Shown here: positions 47,171 to 56,970 of the stretch, in pieces
Numbering within the stretch: the stretch's first letter is position 1
Layout of the letters: each line of letters opens with the position of its first letter
Source: a virus
Virus record (IMG/VR): IMGVR_UViG_3300025137_000017
Coordinates: 1-64,000 of that record
Reading direction: 5' to 3' (one strand)
DNA length: 64,000 bases
Translations under genes and position numbers: made by a program
The notes under the pieces: generated by a model
What the model was told of the DNA's origin: nothing
The model's input: only the letters and a program-made list of their open reading frames with translations
Databases searched by the model: none

Positions 47171-48832
47171 ATGAGTTGGAAGAAACATTTTACGAGATAT
47201 GATGGTGACGCAAAAGCTGGCCAAACGAAGGCGAATCGTTGGCAGAGTTGGTTACCTGAAGTATACTCCGGCATGCCAAATCGTACAGAGCGTTATGTTC
47301 AGTATGATCAGATGGATCAAGACAGTGAAATTAATGCGGCATTGGATACTATTGCAGAATTTAGTACACAAAAAGAAATAAAGAACCTACTACCATTTGA
47401 GATCAACTATAAAGATGATGCAACTGAATCAGAAGTCAATGCATTGGAAACAGGATTAAAACAATGGTGTAATATTAATGATCTAGAAAGACGTGTATTC
47501 GGTATGTTTAGAGCATCAATTAAGTATGGCGACCAGTTCTTTATTCGTGATCCAGAAACATTTAAACTAATATGGGTTGATCCTAGTGATGTCAGTAAAG
47601 CGATTGTTAATGAAAGTAGTGGTAAAGAAATTGATCAGTATATCATTAAAAATGTTGCATTAAACTTACAAGACATGGTAGCAGTTGATACAAAAAAGAC
47701 TGCCAATGTTGCACAAAAAGGACAAACAACAAGTTATACAACTCCACCAAATACCAATGCAGGTGTTTATCATGGTAATTATAATAGTAGTAATACTGAA
47801 TATGCAATTGATGCCAGTAACGTTATCCATATTGCATTAACAGATGGTATGAGTGCAAACTGGCCTTTTGGAACAAGTATTCTTGAAAGTGTATTTAAAG
47901 TATATAAGCAAAAAGAATTACTAGAAGATTCAATTATTATTTACAGAGTACAACGTGCTCCTGAAAGACGTGTGTTTTATATTGATGTTGGTAATATGCC
48001 GGCCCATAAAGCAATGAGCTTTGTTGAGAGAGTTAAAAACGAAGTACACCAAACTCGTATACCTAATAAGACAGGTGGCGGAACAAATGTAATGGATGCG
48101 GCCTACAATCCACTATCAATTATGGAAGACTACTTCTTTGCTCAGACGGCAGAAGGTCGTGGTTCTAAAGTTGATGTGTTACAGGGTGGCGATAACTTAG
48201 GTGAGATTGATGACCTAAAATACTTTAATAACAAACTTATGCGAGGTTTAAGAGTACCAAGTAGTTACCTTCCAACAGGTGGCGAAGATGGAACAGCAAC
48301 GTATAATGATGGTAGAGTTGGAACAGCTCTAATCCAGGAATTTAGATTCAGCAAATACTGTGAAAGGATTCAAGCAATTCTACAAACTTCACTTGATACT
48401 GAATTTAAACTTTTCCTCAGACACAGAGGAATTGAAATACCAAGTAGTTTATTTGATCTACAATTTACTGAGCCACAGAGCTTTAGTCAATATAGAGACA
48501 TTGAACTAGAATCCCAACGAGCTACACTATTCTCACAGATTGAAGGTGTTGGTTACTTGAGTCGTAGATTCTTAATGAAGAAGTATCTAGGCCTAACTGA
48601 AGATGAGCTAGTTGAAAATGAACGTATGTGGAGAGACGAAAACGATATTAAGTCAGAAGCAGAAGTAGACTCTAAAGGAGATCTTGGAAGTCTAGGATTA
48701 CGTTCAGGTGATGTTGAAGGATTTGAACCTACTGATGTCGATGCAGAAGTAGATGATATTGATGGAGATGTACCCGGCATTGATGATGGTGGTGAATCTC
48801 CTATATCAGGAGACGCTCCGGAGGAGAACTAA
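47171..48832 (+). CDS. portal protein (T4 gp20-like)
   Basis: LLEDSIIIYRVQRAPERRVFYIDVGNMP, EDYFF, GEIDDLKYF and LRVPSSYL. Confidence 0.96.
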   Translation: MSWKKHFTRYDGDAKAGQTKANRWQSWLPEVYSGMPNRTERYVQYDQMDQDSEINAALDTIAEFSTQKEIKNLLPFEINYKDDATESEVNALETGLKQWCNINDLERRVFGMFRASIKYGDQFFIRDPETFKLIWVDPSDVSKAIVNESSGKEIDQYIIKNVALNLQDMVAVDTKKTANVAQKGQTTSYTTPPNTNAGVYHGNYNSSNTEYAIDASNVIHIALTDGMSANWPFGTSILESVFKVYKQKELLEDSIIIYRVQRAPERRVFYIDVGNMPAHKAMSFVERVKNEVHQTRIPNKTGGGTNVMDAAYNPLSIMEDYFFAQTAEGRGSKVDVLQGGDNLGEIDDLKYFNNKLMRGLRVPSSYLPTGGEDGTATYNDGRVGTALIQEFRFSKYCERIQAILQTSLDTEFKLFLRHRGIEIPSSLFDLQFTEPQSFSQYRDIELESQRATLFSQIEGVGYLSRRFLMKKYLGLTEDELVENERMWRDENDIKSEAEVDSKGDLGSLGLRSGDVEGFEPTDVDAEVDDIDGDVPGIDDGGESPISGDAPEEN

Positions 48833-48833
48833 G

Positions 48834-49031
48834 ATGAGATTTGGTGAATTAGCACAATCGGCTGAGAATGATGAGTACAATAAATGGGATATCGATGATA
48901 CTCGACGCCCTAGACTTACATTAAGACAACTTAATAAGATGCGTGGCATGAGAGAAATCGCAAAGGCAGAGCATATTGAACAAGTTGATCAGTTTAAAAC
49001 AATGTACGGTGCAACTGCTCCTGCCGAGTAA
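48834..49031 (+). CDS. small head-module protein
   Basis: ATG 48834 after GGAGGAG; DTRRPRLTLRQLNKMR. Confidence 0.7.
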   Translation: MRFGELAQSAENDEYNKWDIDDTRRPRLTLRQLNKMRGMREIAKAEHIEQVDQFKTMYGATAPAE

Positions 49032-49058
49032 AACCCCTTAAAATTTATCTATAATCAC

Positions 49059-49114
49059 CGAAAGCACGGTTTTAACCGTGTTTCGCCTTAGTTTACACCA
49101 ATACGTCTTAAATA
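49059..49114 (+). promoter_or_regulatory. hairpin followed by a late promoter (CTTAAATA)
   Basis: CGAAAGCACGGT-TTTA-ACCGTGTTTCG stem (49059-49085); TAAATA at 49109-49114. Confidence 0.55.
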
Positions 49115-49149
49115 TACATGTTATAACCTATCTATAGAAGGAGATTATT

Positions 49150-49962
49150 ATGAGTGCTCAAGATCGTTATAAAAAAATCGTAGAGTCCCTAGTAAATGAT
49201 GAGACAGATCAAGCGTCTGAACTTTTACATGAGGCTTTCGTAGAAAAAGCTCGCGAAATCTGGAATGATTTGCTAGAGCAAGACGAACTCATCGAAGATG
49301 AGATCGAAGAAGAAGATATCGAAGAAGCAATTGGTGATGAAAAATCTGGAGATTTTCTAGACGACATCGAAACTGATAAAGATGAGATTGAAAGTGAAGA
49401 AGCTTTTGGTGAAGCTGACGATGAAGAGGATGAAGGTGAACTTGATCCTGCTGATATGGAAGCCGAACTAGAATTAGCTGACCCAGACATGGGCGACATG
49501 GACGCTCCAGAAGGAGAAGAAGGTGTTGAAGCGGCTATGGATAATGTTGAAGATGCTCTAGCGGCATTGAAGGCAGAATTTGCATCTATTATGGGTGACG
49601 ATGACGGAGAAGTAGAAGGCGATCCAGAAATGGATATGCCGGAAATGGAGTCAGAGGAACTAGCTTTCGAAGAAACTGATGAAGTTGATGAAGAAGTAGA
49701 AGAACTAGATGAAGCAGCAGAACTTAAAGCCGTTAGTGCCCCAGCAAACACTGGTGGAGACGATGGTAAAAAGTCCCCTATTGCAGACTTGAATAAAGGA
49801 AAAGATCCTGCTAAAGGAACTGGAGAGAACAAAGAGGCTTCTGCAGTTAACTTTGCTGGTGGCAATGAAAAAGGCGGTAAAGCACCTGCACCGAAGGCAA
49901 TGAGCGTAACAACTCCTGCTGATGCTGGTAGTCCAAAGCCTGCTCCAAAGCCAAAAGGATAA
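49150..49962 (+). CDS. acidic prohead core protein (gp67-like)
   Basis: extremely Glu/Asp-rich; lies between portal and protease; RBS AAGGAGA. Confidence 0.7.
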   Translation: MSAQDRYKKIVESLVNDETDQASELLHEAFVEKAREIWNDLLEQDELIEDEIEEEDIEEAIGDEKSGDFLDDIETDKDEIESEEAFGEADDEEDEGELDPADMEAELELADPDMGDMDAPEGEEGVEAAMDNVEDALAALKAEFASIMGDDDGEVEGDPEMDMPEMESEELAFEETDEVDEEVEELDEAAELKAVSAPANTGGDDGKKSPIADLNKGKDPAKGTGENKEASAVNFAGGNEKGGKAPAPKAMSVTTPADAGSPKPAPKPKG

Positions 49963-49968
49963 TTGATA

Positions 49969-50610
49969 ATGCGTAATGTAACTCTAACTGAACGTCTATC
50001 TTTCGATAAGGCAAATATCATCGTTGAATCCAAAGAGGATGGCAACGGCGGTAAAAACCTATACATGGAAGGTATCTTCGTTCAGGGTGACAAACGCAAT
50101 CAAAACAAAAGAGTTTACCCTACAAGTGAGATCCAACGTGCTGTTAAGAATATACAGACAAAGATCGATGAAGGGTTTTCAGTATTAGGTGAAGCGGACC
50201 ATCCAGATGATTTACAAGTAAATCTAGACAGAGTGTCCCACATGATAGAAAAGATGTGGATGAACGGCGCTGATGGTTACGGAAGACTTAAACTATTGCC
50301 TACTCCAATGGGACAAATATGTATTACACTATTGGGGAACGGCGTAAAGCTAGGCGTGTCAAGTCGCGGCAGCGGTAACGTTACAGAATCAGGTAACGTA
50401 TCAGAATTTGAGATACAGACGGTGGACATTGTTGCCAACCCAAGTGCTCCTGATGCCTATCCAGATCCACTCTACGAAGCTATTATGAATGGTCCTCGTG
50501 GAAATATTTTATTGGACGTAGCAACTGCAACTAATCATGACACAAAGGCACAAAAGTACCTCCAGGAAGAGGTACTTAGATTGATAAACAACCTAGGTAT
50601 TAGGAGATAA
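49969..50610 (+). CDS. prohead core protease (gp21-like)
   Basis: EGIFVQ, NQNKRVYP, GEADHP, GVSSRGSG and DIVANPSAPDAYP. Confidence 0.95.
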   Translation: MRNVTLTERLSFDKANIIVESKEDGNGGKNLYMEGIFVQGDKRNQNKRVYPTSEIQRAVKNIQTKIDEGFSVLGEADHPDDLQVNLDRVSHMIEKMWMNGADGYGRLKLLPTPMGQICITLLGNGVKLGVSSRGSGNVTESGNVSEFEIQTVDIVANPSAPDAYPDPLYEAIMNGPRGNILLDVATATNHDTKAQKYLQEEVLRLINNLGIRR

Positions 50611-50612
50611 GA

Positions 50613-51710
50613 ATGGCTCATGCAATCGAACAACTCCTAAGTTCAGAAGTACTTTCAGAAGAGGTCAAAACCACACTTTCAGAAGCGTGGGAATCCAAAC
50701 TTTCTGAAGCTCGCGAAGAAATCACTGTTGAATTACGTGAAGAATTTGCGAACCGTTATGAAGCAGATAAAGATCAAATGGTAGAGGCACTAGATGCCAT
50801 GCTAACTGATACTTTAAAAACAGAACTAACAGAATTTGCTCAAGATAAGAATGAGGCTGTAAAAGCTAAAGTTCTATATCAAAAGCAAATTTCAGAACAT
50901 GCAAAACTTCTAGATGGTTTCGTAATGGAAACCCTTAAAAAGGAAATCCAAGAATTACGTGACGATCGTAAATTACAAGAAGGTAACTTTGTAAAGTTAG
51001 AGGACTTCGTAATGGAGCAACTAACAACTGAACTTAATGAATTCCACCAAGATAAGAAAGACGTTCTCGCAGAGAAAGTCAAATTGGTGAAAGAAGGTAA
51101 GAAAATGATTGCCGAAGCAAAGGCGAAATTCATATCTAAAGCAAGTACTAAACTAGCTGGTATTGTAGAATCTACACTAACAGCAGAATTAGGACTACTT
51201 AAAGAAGACATTCAGAAAGCAAAAGAAAATAACTTTGGTCGTAAGATCTTTGAAACTTTTGCAGCTGAATTTATGAGTTCCAACTTAGCGGATGGTACAC
51301 AAGTTTCAAACTTAGCTCAGGAATTAGAAAATATGAAGAAGCAACTAGCTGAATCAGAAACACTAATGGCTGAGAAAGACGGTAAAATAGTTAAAGCAGA
51401 AAAGAAAGCAGATCGTATTGCGGAAGCAAACGAACGTGCTGGTGTTCTAGCAGAACTACTTGGCCCTCTTGCAAAAGACAAGCGTGAATTGATGGGTAAT
51501 TTACTTGAATCAGTAGCGACTACTAAATTAAAAGTGTCCTATAACAAGTATCTACCAACTGTTTTAAATGAAACAGTTAAAACAACAACAAAAGCGAAAA
51601 CACTAAATGAATCTCAGAAGACTGAGATTACAGGTAACAAGGCAAAGACACAGGATACTGATGTGGACGCTGAAATTATTAACCTAAGAAAATTAGCCGG
51701 TATTAATTAA
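50613..51710 (+). CDS. prohead scaffolding protein (gp22-like)
   Basis: long Glu/Lys coiled coil between protease and capsid genes; KIFETFAAEF. Confidence 0.85.
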   Translation: MAHAIEQLLSSEVLSEEVKTTLSEAWESKLSEAREEITVELREEFANRYEADKDQMVEALDAMLTDTLKTELTEFAQDKNEAVKAKVLYQKQISEHAKLLDGFVMETLKKEIQELRDDRKLQEGNFVKLEDFVMEQLTTELNEFHQDKKDVLAEKVKLVKEGKKMIAEAKAKFISKASTKLAGIVESTLTAELGLLKEDIQKAKENNFGRKIFETFAAEFMSSNLADGTQVSNLAQELENMKKQLAESETLMAEKDGKIVKAEKKADRIAEANERAGVLAELLGPLAKDKRELMGNLLESVATTKLKVSYNKYLPTVLNETVKTTTKAKTLNESQKTEITGNKAKTQDTDVDAEIINLRKLAGIN

Positions 51711-51729
51711 CTTTAAAGGAGATACCAAA

Positions 51730-52893
51730 ATGTCACAAAACCTATTTGAAAACTGGAGTGTAACTAAAGACGCTCTAACTGACGGTTTGACAGGCAACAA
51801 GAAAGTCGTAATGGAAACAGTTCTTGAGAACGCAAAAATACAACTTTCAGAATCAGCCTTATCAGGCACAACAATGGCAGGTAACATTGCAACACTAAAC
51901 AAAGTTATCCTTCCAGTAATCCGTCGTGTCATGCCAACTGTCATCGCTAACGAACTAGTTGGCGTACAACCAATGACTGGTCCAGTAGGCCAGATCCATA
52001 CACTTCGTGTACGTTATTCACAAGCAGCTGCAGGCGTAGCCGCTGGTGATGAAGCACTATCACCATTTGCAATTGCAAAAGGTTATTCAGGTAATGCTAG
52101 TACAGGAAAAGCTGATTCAACATCAGCATACGAAGCCGAAGCTGGACGTAAGATGTCCATCCAGGTACTAAAACAAACTGTTGAAGCTAAAACACGCAAA
52201 CTATCAGCACGTTGGACTTTTGAAGCAGCACAAGATGCTCAATCAATGCACGGTCTAGACGTTGAAGCTGAAATTATGCAGGCTCTAGCTCAAGAGATCA
52301 CAGCTGAAATTGATCAAGAAGTTTTAACTTCACTTGATACATTAGCTGGTACGGCTGCAGATACTTACAACCAAGCTGGTGTAAGTGGTACTCCAACATT
52401 CGTTGGTGACCAACATGCTGCCCTAGCAGTTCTAATTAATAGATCAGCTAACCTAATCGCGGCAAGAACACGTCGTGGTGCAGGTAACTGGGTTGTGGTT
52501 TCACCAACAATCCTAACAGTACTACAATCAGCGACAACTTCAGCGTTTGCAAGAACAACTGAAGGTCCTTTTGAAGCACCTACAAACACAAAATTCGTTG
52601 GAACTCTAAACGGTACAATGAAAGTATTTGTAAACCAGTATGCGGCAGATTCTGCCAACGTACTAGTAGGCTACAAAGGCGAAGGCGAAATTGATGCGGC
52701 AGCTTTCTATTGCCCATACATTCCGTTGATGTCATCTGGTACAGTACTAGATCCAGCAACATTTGAGCCAGTAGTTTCATTCATGACCCGTTATGGTTAT
52801 GTAGAGCTAACTAACCAAGCTTCATCCCTTGGTAATGCAGCTGACTACCTAAGCAAAATTGCTGTTAACAGTGGTAACCTTAGCTTCCAGTAA
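51730..52893 (+). CDS. major capsid protein (gp23-like)
   Basis: GVQPMTGPVGQI, KTRKLSARWT.E..QD, HGLDVEAE, AFYCPYIPL and FMTRYG. Confidence 0.97.
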   Translation: MSQNLFENWSVTKDALTDGLTGNKKVVMETVLENAKIQLSESALSGTTMAGNIATLNKVILPVIRRVMPTVIANELVGVQPMTGPVGQIHTLRVRYSQAAAGVAAGDEALSPFAIAKGYSGNASTGKADSTSAYEAEAGRKMSIQVLKQTVEAKTRKLSARWTFEAAQDAQSMHGLDVEAEIMQALAQEITAEIDQEVLTSLDTLAGTAADTYNQAGVSGTPTFVGDQHAALAVLINRSANLIAARTRRGAGNWVVVSPTILTVLQSATTSAFARTTEGPFEAPTNTKFVGTLNGTMKVFVNQYAADSANVLVGYKGEGEIDAAAFYCPYIPLMSSGTVLDPATFEPVVSFMTRYGYVELTNQASSLGNAADYLSKIAVNSGNLSFQ

Positions 52894-52915
52894 AATTTAT
52901 TTTACAAGGAAAACG

Positions 52916-52944
52916 AAAACAGCACCTTCGGGTGCTGTTTTTTT
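52916..52944 (+). terminator. rho-independent terminator
   Basis: AAAACAGCACC-TTCG-GGTGCTGTTTT stem with a cUUCGg loop and a T tract. Confidence 0.92.
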
Positions 52945-52957
52945 ATGACAAAAATAA

Positions 52958-52965
52958 ACTAAATA
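52958..52965 (+). promoter_or_regulatory. late promoter (ACTAAATA)
   Basis: re-initiation site just after the capsid terminator. Confidence 0.6.
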
Positions 52966-52995
52966 CATATATAGAACGAATTGGAGAGTTTTGAA

Positions 52996-53661
52996 ATGGC
53001 AACCATAATCAACCCTGATAACGGAGAGTTTATCGTAAAAGGAACTATAACGTCTAGTGCCTCAGGAGCGTCTAGTTCTGAAAAAATTAGAATTACAAGT
53101 ACTGATGATATAGACCTAAATAGCATTCCAGTAGATTTTGCGTCCGCCGATGTTGCACTAAACATTGCAGGCGGTGTTTATACTGCTGGAAATCATTATA
53201 TAGATGGAACATTTGTTGCTAACGGAGATATTGTATCTTTAGGTAACGTAGGTGGAAGCCTAAGTCTTGGAGCAAATATTAGTAGTAACCTCATACCTAG
53301 TACAAACAACAGTTTTAGTATAGGTAATGCTTCAAATAATTGGGCAAAAGTATATATGAGTCATTTAATCCTAGATGATGACGAACAAACAATTACATCT
53401 GGATGGACAGATGGAAATTCCACAAGTAAGATTACTTCAGGAACATCAAGCACTCTATCTTTAGGTGCTGGAACAGTAGGCGGAGTATATGTATTTTATG
53501 TTGATTCAACAGGTGCAGGTTCTGGAACAGTAACTATAACACCAGCCACAGCTAACGGTTTCTCTACTATGACATTTAGTAATGCCGGAGATAGTCTAAC
53601 TGCTACATATAGGGCAGACGGTTGGACAATTATCAACGCTTTTAGGACTGCGATAGCTTAA
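52996..53661 (+). CDS. virion structural/decoration protein
   Basis: ATG 52996 after GGAGAG; Ser/Thr/Gly-rich; NLIPSTNNSFSIGN...W fibre-type motif. Confidence 0.6.
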   Translation: MATIINPDNGEFIVKGTITSSASGASSSEKIRITSTDDIDLNSIPVDFASADVALNIAGGVYTAGNHYIDGTFVANGDIVSLGNVGGSLSLGANISSNLIPSTNNSFSIGNASNNWAKVYMSHLILDDDEQTITSGWTDGNSTSKITSGTSSTLSLGAGTVGGVYVFYVDSTGAGSGTVTITPATANGFSTMTFSNAGDSLTATYRADGWTIINAFRTAIA

Positions 53662-53669
53662 TAATATCG

Positions 53670-53677
53670 TATAAATA
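53670..53677 (+). promoter_or_regulatory. late promoter (TATAAATA)
   Basis: perfect T4 late consensus in the intergenic gap. Confidence 0.8.
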
Positions 53678-53703
53678 CATTAAGGAACCAGAGGAATTAT
53701 AAA

Positions 53704-56700
53704 TTGCCAATTAATATAAATCATGCACAAAATAAACTCTCAACAGACAGTACGTTAACGGTTGATTCAACTAGTAACGTTAGTCTAAGTGGAACTTCGC
53801 AAATTAAAGATGCCGTTGATCCAACTGATGCACAAGATTTAACAACAAAGGCATACGTCGACTCACAAGTAGCAGGCGGTGGTGGCGATCTTACGTTAGG
53901 TACACCAACAGATGGAACTTTCGGTGATGGTTCATATAAAGATTTAGATTCAACTGCAACAATTACAGATGCAATTGATGATATAAATGAAACAATGGAA
54001 AACATTCGCAACAATACGTTTGTTCGTGATGTTGATTTTACTGCTGACGTTGATACAGGCGGCGCAGGTTTATTAGTAACATTAACAACCACAGTAGATG
54101 GAAATGCAAACCAATTTGTAATCGATTGGGGAGATGGATCAGGTATTGACACAGTAGTTGATACAACACCTTCACATACATATAATACAAATGTTGGAAG
54201 TCCTTTTAATGTTTCAGTAACTGCAAAAAATACAAGCGGTAGTGGATCTGGATCCAATTCAGTAGAACAAAAGAATTCTTTTATTACAATTTTTACAGCA
54301 ACACCGGTTCTTAATTTAGCGGCCTATTCAGCTAGTGCAGGAGGTAGTCCTATAACACAATGGGACGACGGCGACACAGTATATTTTGAGAATACAACAA
54401 CTAATACATCAGGAGCATCACTACAATATACATATAATTGGGGAGATGGAACAAGTATTGATACAGTAAATGCAGACTCTGATCCAGGTGGAGTAGGAGG
54501 CGGACGCCTTGCTCACACGTTTGCAACAGCAGGATCAGAAACAGAAGTTACTAGATTAGTTACCTTAACTCTTGTATCACATTCAACAGCAACACCATCA
54601 GAAATTCCAATTGTTGAAACTGATAGTTTTAAAATATATGATGAACATACTCCTAGTTTGACAATATCTGCCACTACAGGAATTAATGAATTAGCATCTA
54701 GTGGTCTAGATGTAACAGTAACAAACACGACAGAAACAACAATAGGTAGTTATTCTACATATGGTATTCAATATTTATGGACATGGGGTGACGGCACAAC
54801 AGATTCTGTAAACACAGGATCTGGATTTTTTGGTGATACTGGAAATACTTTAGATCATACATATGTACTAAGCTCCAGTGACCAAGCAAATGGCGTTGCT
54901 CAAGATTACACAGGTAATCTACAAGTTATAAGTAATCATTCAAACAGTCCTTTCTCAAGTACTAACTTTACTGTTCACTTGGAACCAGATGTTAGAGCAA
55001 ACATTGCCGGTACAGCCGTATCAATAAGTGATAGAAATGGTGATAACCAATTTGATTTATATGATGGTGTTGATTATAACGGTGTGAATCGTGCTTTATT
55101 CCGTGCTACAAATACATCACAAAACGGAGATGCATATGTATACGATTGGGGTGACTCAAGTGCAGATGAAAATGTTACTGAAGATGGATCATCACCAGGA
55201 ACAATATTTGCCACAATAGATCATGACTATAGTGGTGAATCAACTGGTAATAAAACATTTAACTTTACAGCAAATGGTACACCTGATATCACAGCACAAA
55301 CAGATTCAGAATCATTAACAGTACAACTTAATAGTGTTCCGGTAGCACCAGATGGATTAAGTACGAAGAGCCTAACACTACAGGATAGTTACCAAGGAAT
55401 TTCACCAGCGTTAGCATATGGGTATACAGACAATAGTGCAACTAGTCCTCTATCAGTAGGAGAAAGTTTAACCTCAACAACAGCGAGACGTTATGCAACA
55501 GGAACAATTGATACCAATGTTGTTACCAATGTATATGATGCAACAACTGGTATAGTAAGTGCTAAGATTAACGGAGTAGATGTAGGTAATAGAACACTTT
55601 CAACAACTCTAAATGAAAATGGAACATATACTAAACTAATACTATCCAATAATGGAGATGCAAATACTACAATTAGTAGCACAACGTATCCAACTGGATT
55701 TTATCAAACATTCAATGCAAAGATAACACAAGCAATTGCAGATTATCCTGTAGGATTAAGTGATGAGAGAATTGAACACACAACAACTGGTAACACCAAT
55801 TATGTTTCTGTTCTTAAAGATGATGTAACAACAACACCTACAGTAGATTTATCAAACGCAACACTTGTAGAAGATGTTGCTGGCACTTTGAGACAAATAA
55901 GTGGCATTAGTTATTATAATACTGGTTCTCCTAGTTTAACATTATCAGGTGTAGAACTTTATAATTGGATTGGCCAGTCATTTAGAGATGAAACAAATAT
56001 ATTTGAGATCCGTAATGGTACAAACTATGAAAGCACAAGCGGAGCAACTATTAGTACACAGTATAAAACTTATGCAGACCTACAGGGTGGTATAAACTAT
56101 ATTACTGGCGGAGCACCACATGCCAATACAGGTAAAGATGTTTCAAACAGTTATGAAATTGGAGCTCAAACAATTAGTTTAACTACAAGTACTACATATG
56201 GGGTTGAAACAATTAAGTTTAGAGCGTATAATGTAAATGGTACTGGAAGTTTTTCCGAATTCACAAATAAGAAGATACAGTATCACAAGTCAAGTCCTTT
56301 TGGAATTGTTGAAGATGATATAGACGTTAATAGTAGCCTGGGTAACGGAGACTTTACTGATAATGGATTGCGTATAGCAGACTTCTTAAGTGAGACAACT
56401 GATAATCCAGCAATTAATGGATCAACTAATTATTACACAAACAACTTATTTACAGGTGCCGAGACAGTACAAGGAACAAAAGAAGCTACAATTAGATTTG
56501 GAGTATTAAAAAACTACATAGAAGATTTAAGCACTGATTATTTGCCAGCAGGTCCTGATAGAAGTGGTGATAATGGAAGACAGTATTTTACTTTTGCTTT
56601 CCGTAGAAAAGTTGTTGCTAACTTTGATATTTCTATTAATTCATCAACTGGTATTGCGGGCGTTTGGATTGCGGCACCGGGTACTGGCATAGATAGTTCA

Positions 56701-56970
56701 TCAGGATTAAATGGATGGCTAGATGCAACTGCACAATATTTAGGTGTTGGTGTGCCGGGTAGTAACACAGGAGCAGGCGGTAATGGTGGAAATGGGTGTG
56801 CTTTAACTGGTGGAGATGTTATTTCTACAGGAGTAAGCATAAACAATAGTTTTACACTTACATTAGGAAGTGAGAATATGAGTAATGCAACAGGAAATGT
56901 TGTGTTAGTTAGAATTGCATTAGATGGTAATGAAAGTATCTCAAGTCTAAGTATTGAGGAGGCGGCCTAA
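53704..56970 (+). CDS. PKD/Ig-like repeat virion protein (1088 aa)
   Basis: four WGD(G/S) PKD signatures (IDWGDG, YNWGDG, WTWGDG, YDWGDS); PTDAQDLTTKAYVD fibre motif; TTG start after GAGG. Confidence 0.75.
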   Translation: MPININHAQNKLSTDSTLTVDSTSNVSLSGTSQIKDAVDPTDAQDLTTKAYVDSQVAGGGGDLTLGTPTDGTFGDGSYKDLDSTATITDAIDDINETMENIRNNTFVRDVDFTADVDTGGAGLLVTLTTTVDGNANQFVIDWGDGSGIDTVVDTTPSHTYNTNVGSPFNVSVTAKNTSGSGSGSNSVEQKNSFITIFTATPVLNLAAYSASAGGSPITQWDDGDTVYFENTTTNTSGASLQYTYNWGDGTSIDTVNADSDPGGVGGGRLAHTFATAGSETEVTRLVTLTLVSHSTATPSEIPIVETDSFKIYDEHTPSLTISATTGINELASSGLDVTVTNTTETTIGSYSTYGIQYLWTWGDGTTDSVNTGSGFFGDTGNTLDHTYVLSSSDQANGVAQDYTGNLQVISNHSNSPFSSTNFTVHLEPDVRANIAGTAVSISDRNGDNQFDLYDGVDYNGVNRALFRATNTSQNGDAYVYDWGDSSADENVTEDGSSPGTIFATIDHDYSGESTGNKTFNFTANGTPDITAQTDSESLTVQLNSVPVAPDGLSTKSLTLQDSYQGISPALAYGYTDNSATSPLSVGESLTSTTARRYATGTIDTNVVTNVYDATTGIVSAKINGVDVGNRTLSTTLNENGTYTKLILSNNGDANTTISSTTYPTGFYQTFNAKITQAIADYPVGLSDERIEHTTTGNTNYVSVLKDDVTTTPTVDLSNATLVEDVAGTLRQISGISYYNTGSPSLTLSGVELYNWIGQSFRDETNIFEIRNGTNYESTSGATISTQYKTYADLQGGINYITGGAPHANTGKDVSNSYEIGAQTISLTTSTTYGVETIKFRAYNVNGTGSFSEFTNKKIQYHKSSPFGIVEDDIDVNSSLGNGDFTDNGLRIADFLSETTDNPAINGSTNYYTNNLFTGAETVQGTKEATIRFGVLKNYIEDLSTDYLPAGPDRSGDNGRQYFTFAFRRKVVANFDISINSSTGIAGVWIAAPGTGIDSSSGLNGWLDATAQYLGVGVPGSNTGAGGNGGNGCALTGGDVISTGVSINNSFTLTLGSENMSNATGNVVLVRIALDGNESISSLSIEEAA

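Noticed and set aside
49209-50066. 285-aa Ser-rich antisense ORF
   Set aside because: Shadow of GAA/GAT-rich codons in the acidic core gene.
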